A stretch of 64,000 nt of DNA from a phage: the sequence record PZ019086.1; one strand, 5' to 3'. Every line of letters begins with the position of its first letter. Positions within the stretch are counted from its first letter, which is position 1. The position numbers were made by a program, and so were the translations under genes. Below the pieces are notes generated by a model. The model was not told where the DNA came from. It did no database searches and saw only the letters and a list, made by a program, of their open reading frames with translations. Of the stretch, positions 1 through 8,971 are shown piece by piece.

Positions 1-1008
1 CTTAATAACTTGGTTGATCGTGGTAAAGTTAAGCGTTATGAAGCTGATTCTGAAATAGCTATCAATAGTCAAACTGGTATTCGTATTAGAAGCAATGGCG
101 ATAAAACTGGTTCTGTTGCTACAATGCTACGAAATGATGGCGGTAGTTTTTATATTCTATTTACAGATAAAAATGCCACCGATGGCGCAGCAACCGTTAA
201 TGGTGATTGGAATAGTAAACGTCCTTTTGCAATTAACTTAACAACTGGCGAAGTGCTAATGAATAACGGCATAGCTGTTCGCAGCGCAGCTTTATTCTAT
301 AATAGTATAAATGTCAAAGATAATGGTTCTATTAACTTTGATAAGTCTGGTGCTAACCCAAGAAATATGAGAATATTTCATGCTGGCGATGCTTCTCGTG
401 GTAACCGTATTGAAATTGCAGATGAAACTAACTATATTGCTTACTTTGAAAAAGCTCCAGGTGGAGCTAACCGCTTTGTAGTAAATAATGCTACTGTAGC
501 TGGTGTTAACCAAATGAATTCATTTGGTATTAATATCAATAACGCACTTGGTGGAAATAGTATAGCATTTGGTGATAATGACACTGGAATTAAACAATCC
601 GGCGACGGACTTCTTGATATTATTACTAACGCCGCACGCCGAATGAGATTCCAGACGGGTGACACTTATTCTGACATGAATATAAATGCTCCAAACGTTT
701 ATATTCGTTCTGATATTCGTTTGAAATCTAATTTCAGACCTATTGAAAATGCTCTTGAAAAGGTTGAACAGCTTGATGGTTTAATCTATGATAAAGCTGA
801 CTATATAGGTGGTGAAATTGTTCAGACTGAAGCGGGTATTGTGGCTCAAACACTACAAGACGTTTTACCAGAAGCAGTTCGTGAAGTTGAAGATATTAAG
901 GGTAATAAAATACTCACTGTTTCTTCTCAATCCCAGATTGCTCTTCTAGTTGAAGCTGTGAAAACACTTTCTTCTCGTGTAAAAGAACTTGAATCTAAAC
1001 TTATGTAA
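1..1008 (+). CDS. 37: Long tail fibre distal subunit gp37, C-terminal part (gene starts upstream of window); last ~100 aa look like an intramolecular-chaperone/autoproteolytic domain
   Basis: Open frame runs from window edge to stop at 1008; repetitive beta-rich fibre-like sequence; C-terminal SDIRLKSNFRPIENALEKVEQLDGLIYDK plus coiled-coil tail resembles fibre C-terminal chaperone domains; sits immediately upstream of gene 38 and t as in T-even phages. Confidence 0.7.
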   Translation, partial: LNNLVDRGKVKRYEADSEIAINSQTGIRIRSNGDKTGSVATMLRNDGGSFYILFTDKNATDGAATVNGDWNSKRPFAINLTTGEVLMNNGIAVRSAALFYNSINVKDNGSINFDKSGANPRNMRIFHAGDASRGNRIEIADETNYIAYFEKAPGGANRFVVNNATVAGVNQMNSFGININNALGGNSIAFGDNDTGIKQSGDGLLDIITNAARRMRFQTGDTYSDMNINAPNVYIRSDIRLKSNFRPIENALEKVEQLDGLIYDKADYIGGEIVQTEAGIVAQTLQDVLPEAVREVEDIKGNKILTVSSQSQIALLVEAVKTLSSRVKELESKLM

Positions 1009-1010
1009 AA

Positions 1011-1026
1011 GAGGGCTTCGGCCCTC
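1011..1026 (+). terminator. Stem-loop (GAGGGC-TTCG-GCCCTC) between genes 37 and 38
   Basis: Perfect 6-bp GC-rich stem with TTCG loop followed by T-rich stretch. Confidence 0.45.
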
Positions 1027-1038
1027 TAAGGATTTTTA

Positions 1039-1824
1039 ATGGCAATTGTAGGTGTTCCTGGCTGGATTGGTGAATCTGCCGTGAATGAAACTGGACAACG
1101 TTGGATGGATGCTGCAATGAAAGCAGTTCGTGTTTCAGTTCCTGGTTGGATGAGCTCAATGGCCGGACAATCTAAAGAAGTATATTACAGCATTGGTGCT
1201 AGCAATTCTTATAATAAAGACACACTAATAAATTGGATAAAAGCCCAAGGAAGTACTCCTGTTGTTATTACAATTACAGGCAATATCGTTTCTTCATCGA
1301 CAGGTCAACCATGCTTAGATTTTCCTAGCTCATTAACTAATGCATACGTGACACTTAATATCAATTCAGGTGTGCATGTTTGGGGTCGCGGCGGGAATGG
1401 TGGAAATAACTCTGCCGGTGGAGCAGGAGGAACTGCAATAAATAACGGAATTGGAACTAGATTACGTATTAACAACAACGGTGTTATCGCAGGCGGTGGC
1501 GGCGGCGGAGGAGGCGGATACTACTCTCCTTTTTCACAAATGAGATTGACTTTTGGCGGAGGAGGCGGGCGTCCATTTGGCGCTGCTGGCGGCTCTGCTA
1601 ATATGGAACGAGGTGCTACCGCTGGTACTATTTCTGCACCCGGTAAAGGGTCTGTAAACGGTGTCTACAATGGCGGAAACGGTGGTGATGCTGGTGCCGC
1701 AGGAGGTAGATGTAATATTCGTGGTCAAGGATCAGAATATAACGGCGGTGCGGCTGGTAAAGCTGTTACTGGTAATGCTCCAACTTGGACTAAAGTTGGT
1801 ACAATATATGGTGCAAGAGTATAA
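1039..1824 (+). CDS. 38: Tail fibre adhesin gp38 (T2-type, glycine-rich motifs separated by variable segments)
   Basis: 261 aa; several Gly-rich blocks (GRGGNGGNNSAGGAGG, a 9-10 residue poly-Gly run followed by YY, FGGGGGRPFGAAGGSA, NGGNGGDAGAAGG); position between 37 and t. Confidence 0.8.
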   Translation: MAIVGVPGWIGESAVNETGQRWMDAAMKAVRVSVPGWMSSMAGQSKEVYYSIGASNSYNKDTLINWIKAQGSTPVVITITGNIVSSSTGQPCLDFPSSLTNAYVTLNINSGVHVWGRGGNGGNNSAGGAGGTAINNGIGTRLRINNNGVIAGGGGGGGGGYYSPFSQMRLTFGGGGGRPFGAAGGSANMERGATAGTISAPGKGSVNGVYNGGNGGDAGAAGGRCNIRGQGSEYNGGAAGKAVTGNAPTWTKVGTIYGARV

Positions 1825-1855
1825 TTTTGAATAAATATCCTTAAAAGGAGGGTCT

Positions 1856-2512
1856 ATGGCAGCACCTAGAATATCATTTTCGCCCTCTGATATTCTGTTG
1901 GGTGTTCTAGATCGCTTGTTCAAAGATAACGCTACCGGGAAGGTTCTTGCTTCCCGGGTAGCTGTCGTAATTCTTTTGTTTATAATGGCGATTGTTTGGT
2001 ATAGGGGAGATAGTTTCTTTGAGTACTATAAGCAATCAAAGTATGAAACATACAGTGAAATTATTGAAAAGGAAAGAAATGCACGCTTTGAATCTGTCGC
2101 CCTGGAACAACTCCAGATAGTTCACATATCATCTGAGGCAGACTTTAGTGCGGTGTATTCTTTCCGCCCTAAAAACTTAAACTATTTTGTTGATATTATA
2201 GCATATGAAGGAAAATTACCTTCAACAATAAGTGAAAAATCACTTGGAGGATATCCTGTTGATAAAACTATGGATGAATATACAGTTCATTTAAATGGAC
2301 GTCATTATTATTCCAACTCAAAATTTGCTTTTTTACCGACTAAAAAGCCTACTCCCGAAATAAATTACATGTACAGTTGTCCATATTTCAATTTGGATAA
2401 TATCTATGCTGGAACAATAACCATGTACTGGTATAGAAATGATCATATAAGTAATGACCGCCTTGAATCAATATGTTCTCAGGCGGCCAGAATATTAGGA
2501 AGGGCTAAATAA
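1856..2512 (+). CDS. t: Holin t
   Basis: 218 aa, single N-terminal TM segment then large periplasmic domain; SD AAGGAGG 5 nt upstream of ATG; T4 holin is 218 aa and follows gene 38. Confidence 0.9.
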   Translation: MAAPRISFSPSDILLGVLDRLFKDNATGKVLASRVAVVILLFIMAIVWYRGDSFFEYYKQSKYETYSEIIEKERNARFESVALEQLQIVHISSEADFSAVYSFRPKNLNYFVDIIAYEGKLPSTISEKSLGGYPVDKTMDEYTVHLNGRHYYSNSKFAFLPTKKPTPEINYMYSCPYFNLDNIYAGTITMYWYRNDHISNDRLESICSQAARILGRAK

Positions 2513-2785
2513 TTATTTGTTTGTATACATTTCTAGATATCGATATACACCCTCAAAACCCTCGTTGAATTCGTCGATGAGGGTTTTCTTATCTTCTTGA
2601 GTTAATTCAGAAACAATTTTACGGAATGAATTCTGATTTAACTTTCTACCTTCATGCGTTACTCCAATCTCATTCAGAAATGCAATAAAATTAGCACGAT
2701 TCTCAACAATATCTTCTCTGGAAAATTTAATCAAAATAGACGCAACAGTAATAATTTCACGAACTGTATCAATGTTTTTATTCAT
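2513..2785 (-). CDS. asiA: Anti-sigma-70 factor AsiA
   Basis: 90 aa, sequence MNKNIDTVREIITVASILIKFSRED... matches remembered T4 AsiA; convergent with t. Confidence 0.9.
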   Translation of the reverse strand: MNKNIDTVREIITVASILIKFSREDIVENRANFIAFLNEIGVTHEGRKLNQNSFRKIVSELTQEDKKTLIDEFNEGFEGVYRYLEMYTNK

Positions 2786-2797
2786 TAACTATACCAC

Positions 2798-2950
2798 TCA
2801 ATTAGTTGACTTTATTATAATATCATCAGACACTTGATTTGTAAACTGGTCTGTGTTATTTTCTTCAAAAATTTTTTCTACGAATTCTTTGAACGACTCA
2901 CGTTCCTGAGCTACATTATGCTCGATTACCTTTTCAAGATTATGACTCAT
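2798..2950 (-). CDS. Small acidic ORF (50 aa), not in ORF track; ATGA overlap with arn stop
   Basis: Manual translation MSHNLEKVIEHNVAQERESFKEF...; start overlaps upstream stop (translational coupling pattern). Confidence 0.3.
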   Translation of the reverse strand: MSHNLEKVIEHNVAQERESFKEFVEKIFEENNTDQFTNQVSDDIIIKSTN

Positions 2951-3225
2951 TCGAAATAATCTTCAATTTCGTAATCATGGACATAAAACATTATAGTTTT
3001 TAATACATCATCAATACTTTTTCCTGGAGCTGGAATTACGTAAAAATATCCTGCTTTTGAGAGGTCTTTATAAGTTCCAACCAAGAAATCATTATTCTCG
3101 AGATGCAATTCTTCAACTAATTCATTAACAATTGAATGGTATAAATTTGGTAGAAACTTATATAGCTTTTCTAGAATATCAATTTTGATTGTGTATTGAA
3201 CCACAGACTGAGAATCAATAATCAT
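2947..3225 (-). CDS. arn: Anti-restriction nuclease protein Arn (acidic DNA-mimic type)
   Basis: 92 aa acidic protein at the T4 arn position and length. Confidence 0.6.
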   Translation of the reverse strand: MIIDSQSVVQYTIKIDILEKLYKFLPNLYHSIVNELVEELHLENNDFLVGTYKDLSKAGYFYVIPAPGKSIDDVLKTIMFYVHDYEIEDYFE

Positions 3226-3308
3226 AGACCTTCCCCTTATGTTTCTGTTTGCGATTAGATTCTTTAAACGCTTTCTTTTTATCTTTATGGACAGAAGCTT
3301 TATTAAAA

Positions 3309-3527
3309 TTATGTTTTGCGACTAAATTGTTCATAGTGCTGAATTACCTCTCTTAAACATTTGCATGTGAATGAAAACTTTTTAGCTACACCACATTCAA
3401 ATATATGTTCTCTTAAATCACGTGTATCAGTATATCCCATCTCAACGATAAAATGCCGTATTAGATTTTTATCTTTATCATTGAGAGAATTAAAATAATC
3501 GGATTTTGAATTAATTTCCCTGGCCAA
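3309..3527 (-). CDS. Hypothetical early protein (72 aa)
   Basis: ORF in co-directional early cluster between arn and motA. Confidence 0.4.
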   Translation of the reverse strand: MAREINSKSDYFNSLNDKDKNLIRHFIVEMGYTDTRDLREHIFECGVAKKFSFTCKCLREVIQHYEQFSRKT

Positions 3528-3807
3528 ATTGAATCACCTTCAGTTGACGTTTTAGTTCTTTTATCATTTCTTCGTTCATCGCAATATAAAGATCGCGTAA
3601 AGCAGGCTTTAGCATTCCATTTATTGGGGAACTAAATGGACATACATAATCTTTTCCTACGAGCTTTTTAGTGAATTCCATATCGCAGAACTTAAATCCC
3701 GGTTCATTGGCATAAATTCCCCAATTAGTTGACATCATTTTATTGGCATATTCCAGTGCCTGGATTTGATTCATAATTCCATCAATTTGAAACTTTTTAA
3801 TATTCAT
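3511..3807 (-). CDS. Hypothetical early protein (98 aa)
   Basis: ORF with ATGA-type overlap to neighbour. Confidence 0.4.
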   Translation of the reverse strand: MNIKKFQIDGIMNQIQALEYANKMMSTNWGIYANEPGFKFCDMEFTKKLVGKDYVCPFSSPINGMLKPALRDLYIAMNEEMIKELKRQLKVIQFGQGN

Positions 3808-4268
3808 TAGTAAAGGTCCTCAGAGTAAAGTTCTTTTTCACTACCACCGCGTTCAATACGTACTTGTCCAGCATAAGTTGCAATAATCATTGCTTCTTCA
3901 CGTGTCCAATAATTACTATATTGGTCAATAAACCCTTGATCATCATCACAAACTTGCTGAGTAACTAATTGAGGTTTAACTACATCTAAAACTTCTGCCA
4001 TATCTTTAGAATAATGACGAGCACCTGGAATAACAAGAGTTCGTCCATCTTTTAATTTAAAACGGTTGGCTGCGCAAACAATTCGTCGTTGATACTTTTG
4101 GTTTTCGTCCCAATACGCAGTTTGCCAACAGATTTCAGGAACTTCTTTCAGAATATCTTCTTCTGTGCATTTATAACCATGCGCTTTAAATTTTTCAACA
4201 AGACTTTCTGGAGTTTCACGAGATAAAGGAACATTCAGCATTTTTAAACGATTAATAAATGGGTTCAT
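3807..4268 (-). CDS. Hypothetical early protein (153 aa)
   Basis: ORF in co-directional array, overlapping stop/start with neighbours. Confidence 0.45.
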   Translation of the reverse strand: MNPFINRLKMLNVPLSRETPESLVEKFKAHGYKCTEEDILKEVPEICWQTAYWDENQKYQRRIVCAANRFKLKDGRTLVIPGARHYSKDMAEVLDVVKPQLVTQQVCDDDQGFIDQYSNYWTREEAMIIATYAGQVRIERGGSEKELYSEDLY

Positions 4269-4594
4269 TTAAACCATCCTTTAATACGCTGCCACAAAGT
4301 TTTCTGTTGAGCTTTGTTAACACCAATTGAGCGAATAACTGGTTGAGATTCCTGGAATTCTTTATAATCAGCAAGGTAAATTTCGTAAGCTGAATCCGTA
4401 AAGGAACTTATCGCTGCCATGAAATTATTACGAATACCTACTGGAGCATCTTTACTTTCACGAATAATCATGTATTTGCCAGTCTTAATCTTTACGATGG
4501 TTCCAAGATAAGCTCCATGGTACCAGATATCCCACCCCTCTTGAGTGGGTTCTGCACAACGACGAAGTTCATTGATAATTTCTAACTTGTTCAT
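4265..4594 (-). CDS. Hypothetical early protein (109 aa)
   Basis: ORF in co-directional array. Confidence 0.45.
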   Translation of the reverse strand: MNKLEIINELRRCAEPTQEGWDIWYHGAYLGTIVKIKTGKYMIIRESKDAPVGIRNNFMAAISSFTDSAYEIYLADYKEFQESQPVIRSIGVNKAQQKTLWQRIKGWFK

Positions 4595-4604
4595 TATTTA
4601 TTCC

Positions 4605-5240
4605 TCACAGTTCAGATGCTACGGTGATTACTGCTTCAATGTTTTCTGCCGAGCGTTTAATGTCAAGATACACATTACCGTTTTTAGCGATTTTACATGA
4701 CATTCCGATATCAGTAAATTTCTGAATATGGTGTTCCATCATTTTGTATCCAAAAATTCGCATATTTCCGTTGTTGTTAATTTCAAAATTGCGAATTCCG
4801 TGAGTGCGTTTTTCTAAAATAGCAAGATAGTTACTGCGGTAAGTTTCAACCTTTTTAAGAACAAATCCATTTTCATCTAAAAGTTTTAACATGAAGTCTT
4901 TATCTTCTTCCATATCGGAAGTAATCTCACGAGCTTTACGAGTTGCTCGTTTTTTCAGCAGTTCCGGAGCATTTTCCTGTGCGTATAAAGTTGCTGCATT
5001 TGAAATAATATCCTGAGCTTCACCTGTAATGATTAATCCATCACCGGATTTCTCCACTAGGCCTTTTTTAATCAATACCCCAATATTACTATTAACTACT
5101 GCATTACCTAAATCTGGATGCACCTCACGAACTTCTGCAGCTGTAATGAAATCTTTCTTAGCAATGGTAATTAAAATCGCAGCAGTTTTTTCATTCAGAA
5201 CATCGTTAGAAGCTTTGATGATATAAGTTACTTTAGACAT
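4605..5240 (-). CDS. motA: Middle-transcription activator MotA
   Basis: 211 aa, same length as T4 MotA; sequence MSKVTYIIKASNDVLNEKTAAILITIAKKDF... recognised; early promoter and terminator immediately upstream. Confidence 0.85.
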   Translation of the reverse strand: MSKVTYIIKASNDVLNEKTAAILITIAKKDFITAAEVREVHPDLGNAVVNSNIGVLIKKGLVEKSGDGLIITGEAQDIISNAATLYAQENAPELLKKRATRKAREITSDMEEDKDFMLKLLDENGFVLKKVETYRSNYLAILEKRTHGIRNFEINNNGNMRIFGYKMMEHHIQKFTDIGMSCKIAKNGNVYLDIKRSAENIEAVITVASEL

Positions 5241-5281
5241 TTTCTAATCTCCGTAATTCTGTATCAGTAGTTGATAGTTGT

Positions 5282-5311
5282 ATAGTACCACAGTATGCTT
5301 TGGTTGTAAAC
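5282..5311 (-). promoter_or_regulatory. T4-type early promoter for motA
   Basis: Minus strand GTTTAC -35, 18-nt spacer, TGG-TACTAT extended -10; A/T-rich UP-like tract upstream. Confidence 0.55.
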
Positions 5312-5342
5312 CGTTTTGTGAAAAAAATTTTGAAATAAAAAA

Positions 5343-5362
5343 GGGAGAGCCGAGGCTCTCCC
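5343..5362 (-). terminator. Rho-independent terminator hairpin after gene 52 operon
   Basis: GGGAGAGCCGAGGCTCTCCC palindrome followed on the minus strand by a U-rich tract. Confidence 0.6.
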
Positions 5363-5368
5363 TAAAAT

Positions 5369-5518
5369 TTACTGCATGACTGTGATAACTGTCATGATAA
5401 CACGTTGAATGCCGAACGCAAGAAGACCTCCTGCTACGGCTGGAACAACACCTAAACCCGCCAGTAAAATGCTACCAGATACTAATGCTGCGCTTGTAAT
5501 ACCAATGAATGGACTCAT
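5369..5518 (-). CDS. Small glycine-zipper membrane peptide (49 aa), not in ORF track
   Basis: Manual translation MSPFIGITSAALVSGSILLAGLGVVPAVAGG...; ATG overlaps gene 52 stop (TGATG). Confidence 0.4.
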   Translation of the reverse strand: MSPFIGITSAALVSGSILLAGLGVVPAVAGGLLAFGIQRVIMTVITVMQ

Positions 5519-6843
5519 TTGATTTCCTCTAAATCTTTAGTGTATTCTGTAACTACATCAGTAGTTTTCCAATATTCGTTTTCTTCTTTCTTAGCTTTAG
5601 CTTCTTCAGCAAGTTTCTTTGCTTCGTCGGAAGTCATATGAAAAATATTCATTCCGACTAGTTTATCAACATAAGAAGAATACATCTCAATTTTAGAAAG
5701 TTCTTCGGTCAGTTCTTTACGAGTTTTACCCTGCACAACAATTTCACCTGAAATTACTTTCTTAATGAAATGTGCCTTGGCAAAGGCTAAACGAAATGCT
5801 GATTCAGTTTCTTTGATTTTATTATCAATTCGTTTTTGGACATAAGTTTTACGAACTTCAACAAAGTCTTTGATTAAATCAACTACGTTATCGTAAACTT
5901 GTAGCTTTCCTTTCTCATTAATAACGGTGATATTCTGGGAACGACGCTCAATCAATCCAAAGTCTTTCATAATTTTTGCATGGCGTTCTTCTTCGTTATC
6001 GCTCAAAGAATATTCTTTACGGAATTTAACTTTGAAGCCAAAACCATGCTCACCGCAAGCATCATCCCATGTAATGAAGCCTTTATCTTCAAGCGGGTCT
6101 AAGATTTTACTCACGTAAGTTTCACGATCATACTTATATGGAATCTCAGTGATATTCATTTGAGTTCGTGAAGTAAACTTGTACGTTCCACGAATTTCAT
6201 ATTGACTGTCAATTTCAACGACTTCACCACGAAATTCTGGGAATTCTACCTTCGGTTTAGTTACTTTCTTTCCTTGAAGAGCTTGTAGTACAGCTTTCTT
6301 GACAGAAGAAACACTATGAGGAAGAATGTAAGTTGCATAACCAGTTGCAATACCGGAAACACCATTAAGAAGAACAGTAGGAATAATAGGCAAATAAAAA
6401 GCAGGCGGAATGTGTTCTTTATCTTGATGTACCGGAGCATATTCAGTATCTTTATATACACTATAGAAATTTTTACTTACACGGGCAAAAATATAACGAC
6501 TTGCCGCTGCTTTTTGAACGGTACGAGAACCAAAGTTTCCTTGACCATCTAACAAAGGAAAGTTATTATTCCAAGTGTTAGCCATCAAAGCACCTGCGTC
6601 TTGTGCAGAGATTTCACCATGATGATATCCAAGGTCTGCTACACCACCTGCGATAGAAGCGAGTTTGTGAAACTTATCTTTATTTCCTCGTGCCAAATCA
6701 AGAGCTCGAGCAATAACAAATCGTTGAACTGGCTTAAATCCATCAATCATATTTGGGATAGCACGATTTTCAACCGTGTACATAGCATAAGCCAATGCTT
6801 CATTATCAATGATACTTTTTAAATCGCGATTATTCAGTTGCAT
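5515..6843 (-). CDS. 52: DNA topoisomerase II medium subunit gp52 (GyrA-like)
   Basis: 442 aa; GyrA/ParC-like N-terminus (FKPVQRFVIARAL); T4 gp52 is 442 aa. Confidence 0.9.
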   Translation of the reverse strand: MQLNNRDLKSIIDNEALAYAMYTVENRAIPNMIDGFKPVQRFVIARALDLARGNKDKFHKLASIAGGVADLGYHHGEISAQDAGALMANTWNNNFPLLDGQGNFGSRTVQKAAASRYIFARVSKNFYSVYKDTEYAPVHQDKEHIPPAFYLPIIPTVLLNGVSGIATGYATYILPHSVSSVKKAVLQALQGKKVTKPKVEFPEFRGEVVEIDSQYEIRGTYKFTSRTQMNITEIPYKYDRETYVSKILDPLEDKGFITWDDACGEHGFGFKVKFRKEYSLSDNEEERHAKIMKDFGLIERRSQNITVINEKGKLQVYDNVVDLIKDFVEVRKTYVQKRIDNKIKETESAFRLAFAKAHFIKKVISGEIVVQGKTRKELTEELSKIEMYSSYVDKLVGMNIFHMTSDEAKKLAEEAKAKKEENEYWKTTDVVTEYTKDLEEIK

Positions 6844-6847
6844 AAAT

Positions 6848-6988
6848 TTACCATACTAGTGAATGTAGTGCCATAATAACATCAGAAATGAAAAGCACGA
6901 CTTGAATTAATCCGAACATTACTCCATAATATAGTGCTACCAATAAAGTAGCAAGGGCTAATGAATAGCCCAAGATTTTCTTAATCAT
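6848..6988 (-). CDS. Small hydrophobic peptide (46 aa), not in ORF track
   Basis: Manual translation MIKKILGYSLALATLLVALYYGVMFGL... Confidence 0.35.
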   Translation of the reverse strand: MIKKILGYSLALATLLVALYYGVMFGLIQVVLFISDVIMALHSLVW

Positions 6989-7139
6989 TAGTAGATAACA
7001 ACACAAATGTTAAATATGCACACATACCCTGGGCTAAAGCTTGCGAAAACACACTGCTAGCATCGATACAGATAGTTAAAACACATGCTACTATCCAACA
7101 AATAAATGAAATAACTCCTAATAATTTTGCGATATTCAT
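6981..7139 (-). CDS. ac: Small membrane protein, likely Ac (acridine sensitivity)
   Basis: 52 aa hydrophobic ORF MNIAKLLGVISFICWIVACVL... directly upstream of stp, as in T4 (ac is ~51 aa). Confidence 0.5.
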   Translation of the reverse strand: MNIAKLLGVISFICWIVACVLTICIDASSVFSQALAQGMCAYLTFVLLSTND

Positions 7140-7146
7140 ATTTTCC

Positions 7147-7227
7147 TCACTGGCGTCCGAAGACGCCTTTAGTTTTAAGATTGTTACGATAGAACTGCAT
7201 CACATGTTCGTTATGGAAATTACTCAT
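7147..7227 (-). CDS. stp: Stp peptide (host PrrC/EcoprrI modulator)
   Basis: Manual translation [26 protein letters not shown] (26 aa) matches remembered T4 Stp; ATG overlaps ndd stop by 1 nt. Confidence 0.8.
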
Positions 7228-7682
7228 TAATATGCCTGCAAAACAAATTTAAAGTTATCAGCCAACATACGGTTCATTTCTTCAAGTGTTTGATACTCAG
7301 AATGATGATTACGAGTAAACGCCAAAGCTAACTGACCTTTTCCAAATCCTGTCGTCAAAGGTTTCATCTTAGAAGCAGGAAGATAAAATACTGCGTATGG
7401 AACATTGTTATTTGCAATAGTACGCGCAAGCTGAGACCGACGCTGACGAATATGACTTAGAACTGCACTGAATCCTTGCTTAGAACGCTGATTACCTACA
7501 TAAAATCGTGCAGATACACACGGACTATCAAATGGACCACCAAATTTGCTCACTAAAAAGTAAAATCCAGGATTAGACAAAATGTCTTTATGCGGAGTTC
7601 CAAAAACCCATTCACCGCCCTTGATTGTACCAATAACAGTTGCGCCTGCATTATTCAAATCAGTAACAGTCATATATTTCAT
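7227..7682 (-). CDS. ndd: Nucleoid disruption protein Ndd
   Basis: 151 aa, same length and position as T4 Ndd. Confidence 0.85.
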
Positions 7683-7741
7683 GTTAATTTCCTCTAATTA
7701 TTTTCTACTCCAAGGCCGCATGAATACACACGGCCGATAAA

Positions 7742-7957
7742 TTAATCGTCGCAGTCGACGCTCAATTCCCAGAACTCTTCTACAGTATAAGTTTCAGTAT
7801 CATTTTCAATACAGAAACGTTCATTACTGTTGTTTGCTAAAGTAGCATTAACTGTCATTTTCTCACTAGTGCTCTTAAGAGGTGAAATACGAATTAACTG
7901 ATCACCATTATCCAAGCAAAAAATTTCGCCAACTTTTACATCTTTAAAAATTTTCAT
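7742..7957 (-). CDS. Hypothetical early protein (71 aa)
   Basis: ORF in ndd-denB accessory block. Confidence 0.4.
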   Translation of the reverse strand: MKIFKDVKVGEIFCLDNGDQLIRISPLKSTSEKMTVNATLANNSNERFCIENDTETYTVEEFWELSVDCDD

Positions 7958-8072
7958 AATTCACCTCAGGGAGTATAAAATCCAAATGCAGTTGTCGACC
8001 ATCCCATCCAATATGGAAAATTTGCACCAACGTAAAACATGAGAATATAAAACCAACCACTCAGCAAATTTA

Positions 8073-8291
8073 TCATTTTACACCATTCCAAATTGTTTCA
8101 ACCACAGATTTTAAGCCATTTTGGTGAATATCCATTCCGACAACTGCCATCAAATAGATTCCAACTACAACTGAACCTAAGGCGAAAATCAGCATGAAAA
8201 TGAATAAAGCTGGAAAAATATTATCGAAAAACCATTCCATAAATGTAAAAGCACTGCGTTTACGCTTCATATTTTCCTCACATAAATCCAA
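8073..8291 (-). CDS. Small membrane protein (72 aa)
   Basis: Two predicted TM helices. Confidence 0.4.
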   Translation of the reverse strand: MDLCEENMKRKRSAFTFMEWFFDNIFPALFIFMLIFALGSVVVGIYLMAVVGMDIHQNGLKSVVETIWNGVK

Positions 8292-8391
8292 AGTAAGCGT
8301 TTAATACATCAATCATTAAAACGATTGGGAATATACTCAAAACTACTAGTATTATAACTACATTCCATATAGCTTTAACAATCTTTTTCAT
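8278..8391 (-). CDS. Small membrane peptide (37 aa); track ORF 8278..8526 is over-extended across a promoter
   Basis: Internal Met preceded by SD GGAGG; early promoter lies at 8420..8449, inside the longer track ORF. Confidence 0.3.
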   Translation of the reverse strand: MKKIVKAIWNVVIILVVLSIFPIVLMIDVLNAYFGFM

Positions 8392-8419
8392 TTTCTGTTC
8401 CTCCGTAGTTGATAGGGTA

Positions 8420-8449
8420 ATAATACCACAGAGGAACAGTCTTGTAAAC
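8420..8449 (-). promoter_or_regulatory. T4-type early promoter
   Basis: GTTTAC / 17 nt / TGG-TATTAT on minus strand. Confidence 0.5.
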
Positions 8450-8634
8450 AACTTTTTTAAAAATATTCGTAATAAATGTGAATACCAACTACTACTGCTG
8501 AAACTTGCACAACCCACCATGCACAAGCAATAAGTATAGAATTCAAAATTTTCATAATAACCTCATCACAAAAGTAAATGTTAAACAAATTAATGGAATA
8601 CTAATTAACCAAATAAAACACCACCACAATGAAC

Positions 8635-8898
8635 TCATAGTTCAATCTCAATGATTTCAAGATTATTTTCTTTAATAGCTTTCTTTAAATCATCGTAAAT
8701 AAGAACTTCCCAAGAATTGTTTAAATCGCCATTCAACAAACGCTCTTGTTGCAATTTATCAGTAAGATATGGTTGGTCTGATTCATATTTAGACAATCCC
8801 AATGAAATAAATGATGTTGCATCGTCAATTTCAGAATATTGTACATGAACAAATTCACCTGTGATTTTATGTTTAACATAAAAGAATTTAAATTTCAT
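8635..8898 (-). CDS. Hypothetical early protein (87 aa)
   Basis: ORF with SD, downstream of early promoter at 8926..8955. Confidence 0.45.
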   Translation of the reverse strand: MKFKFFYVKHKITGEFVHVQYSEIDDATSFISLGLSKYESDQPYLTDKLQQERLLNGDLNNSWEVLIYDDLKKAIKENNLEIIEIEL

Positions 8899-8925
8899 TT
8901 TTGTTCCTCTGTAGTTGATAGTTGT

Positions 8926-8955
8926 ATAGTACCACAGTCCTTGTGGTATGTAAAC
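8926..8955 (-). promoter_or_regulatory. T4-type early promoter with palindromic spacer
   Basis: GTTTAC ... CCACAAGGACTGTGG ... TACTAT on minus strand. Confidence 0.5.
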
Positions 8956-8971
8956 CGTTTTATGAAAATTT

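Noticed and set aside
292-665. Minus-strand ORFs 292..513 and 441..665
   Set aside because: They lie antisense within the gp37 coding region and translate to low-complexity sequence, so they are antisense artefacts
1821-1840. Possible late promoter upstream of holin t (gAATAAATAt)
   Set aside because: Not an exact TATAAATA box; t may be transcribed from an upstream promoter with 37/38, so it is not called
1534-1923. Minus-strand ORFs 1534..1728 and 1732..1923
   Set aside because: Antisense to gp38 and the t gene start; Ser/Thr-rich translation reflects the complement of Gly codons
5029-5226. Plus-strand ORF 5029..5226
   Set aside because: Antisense within motA
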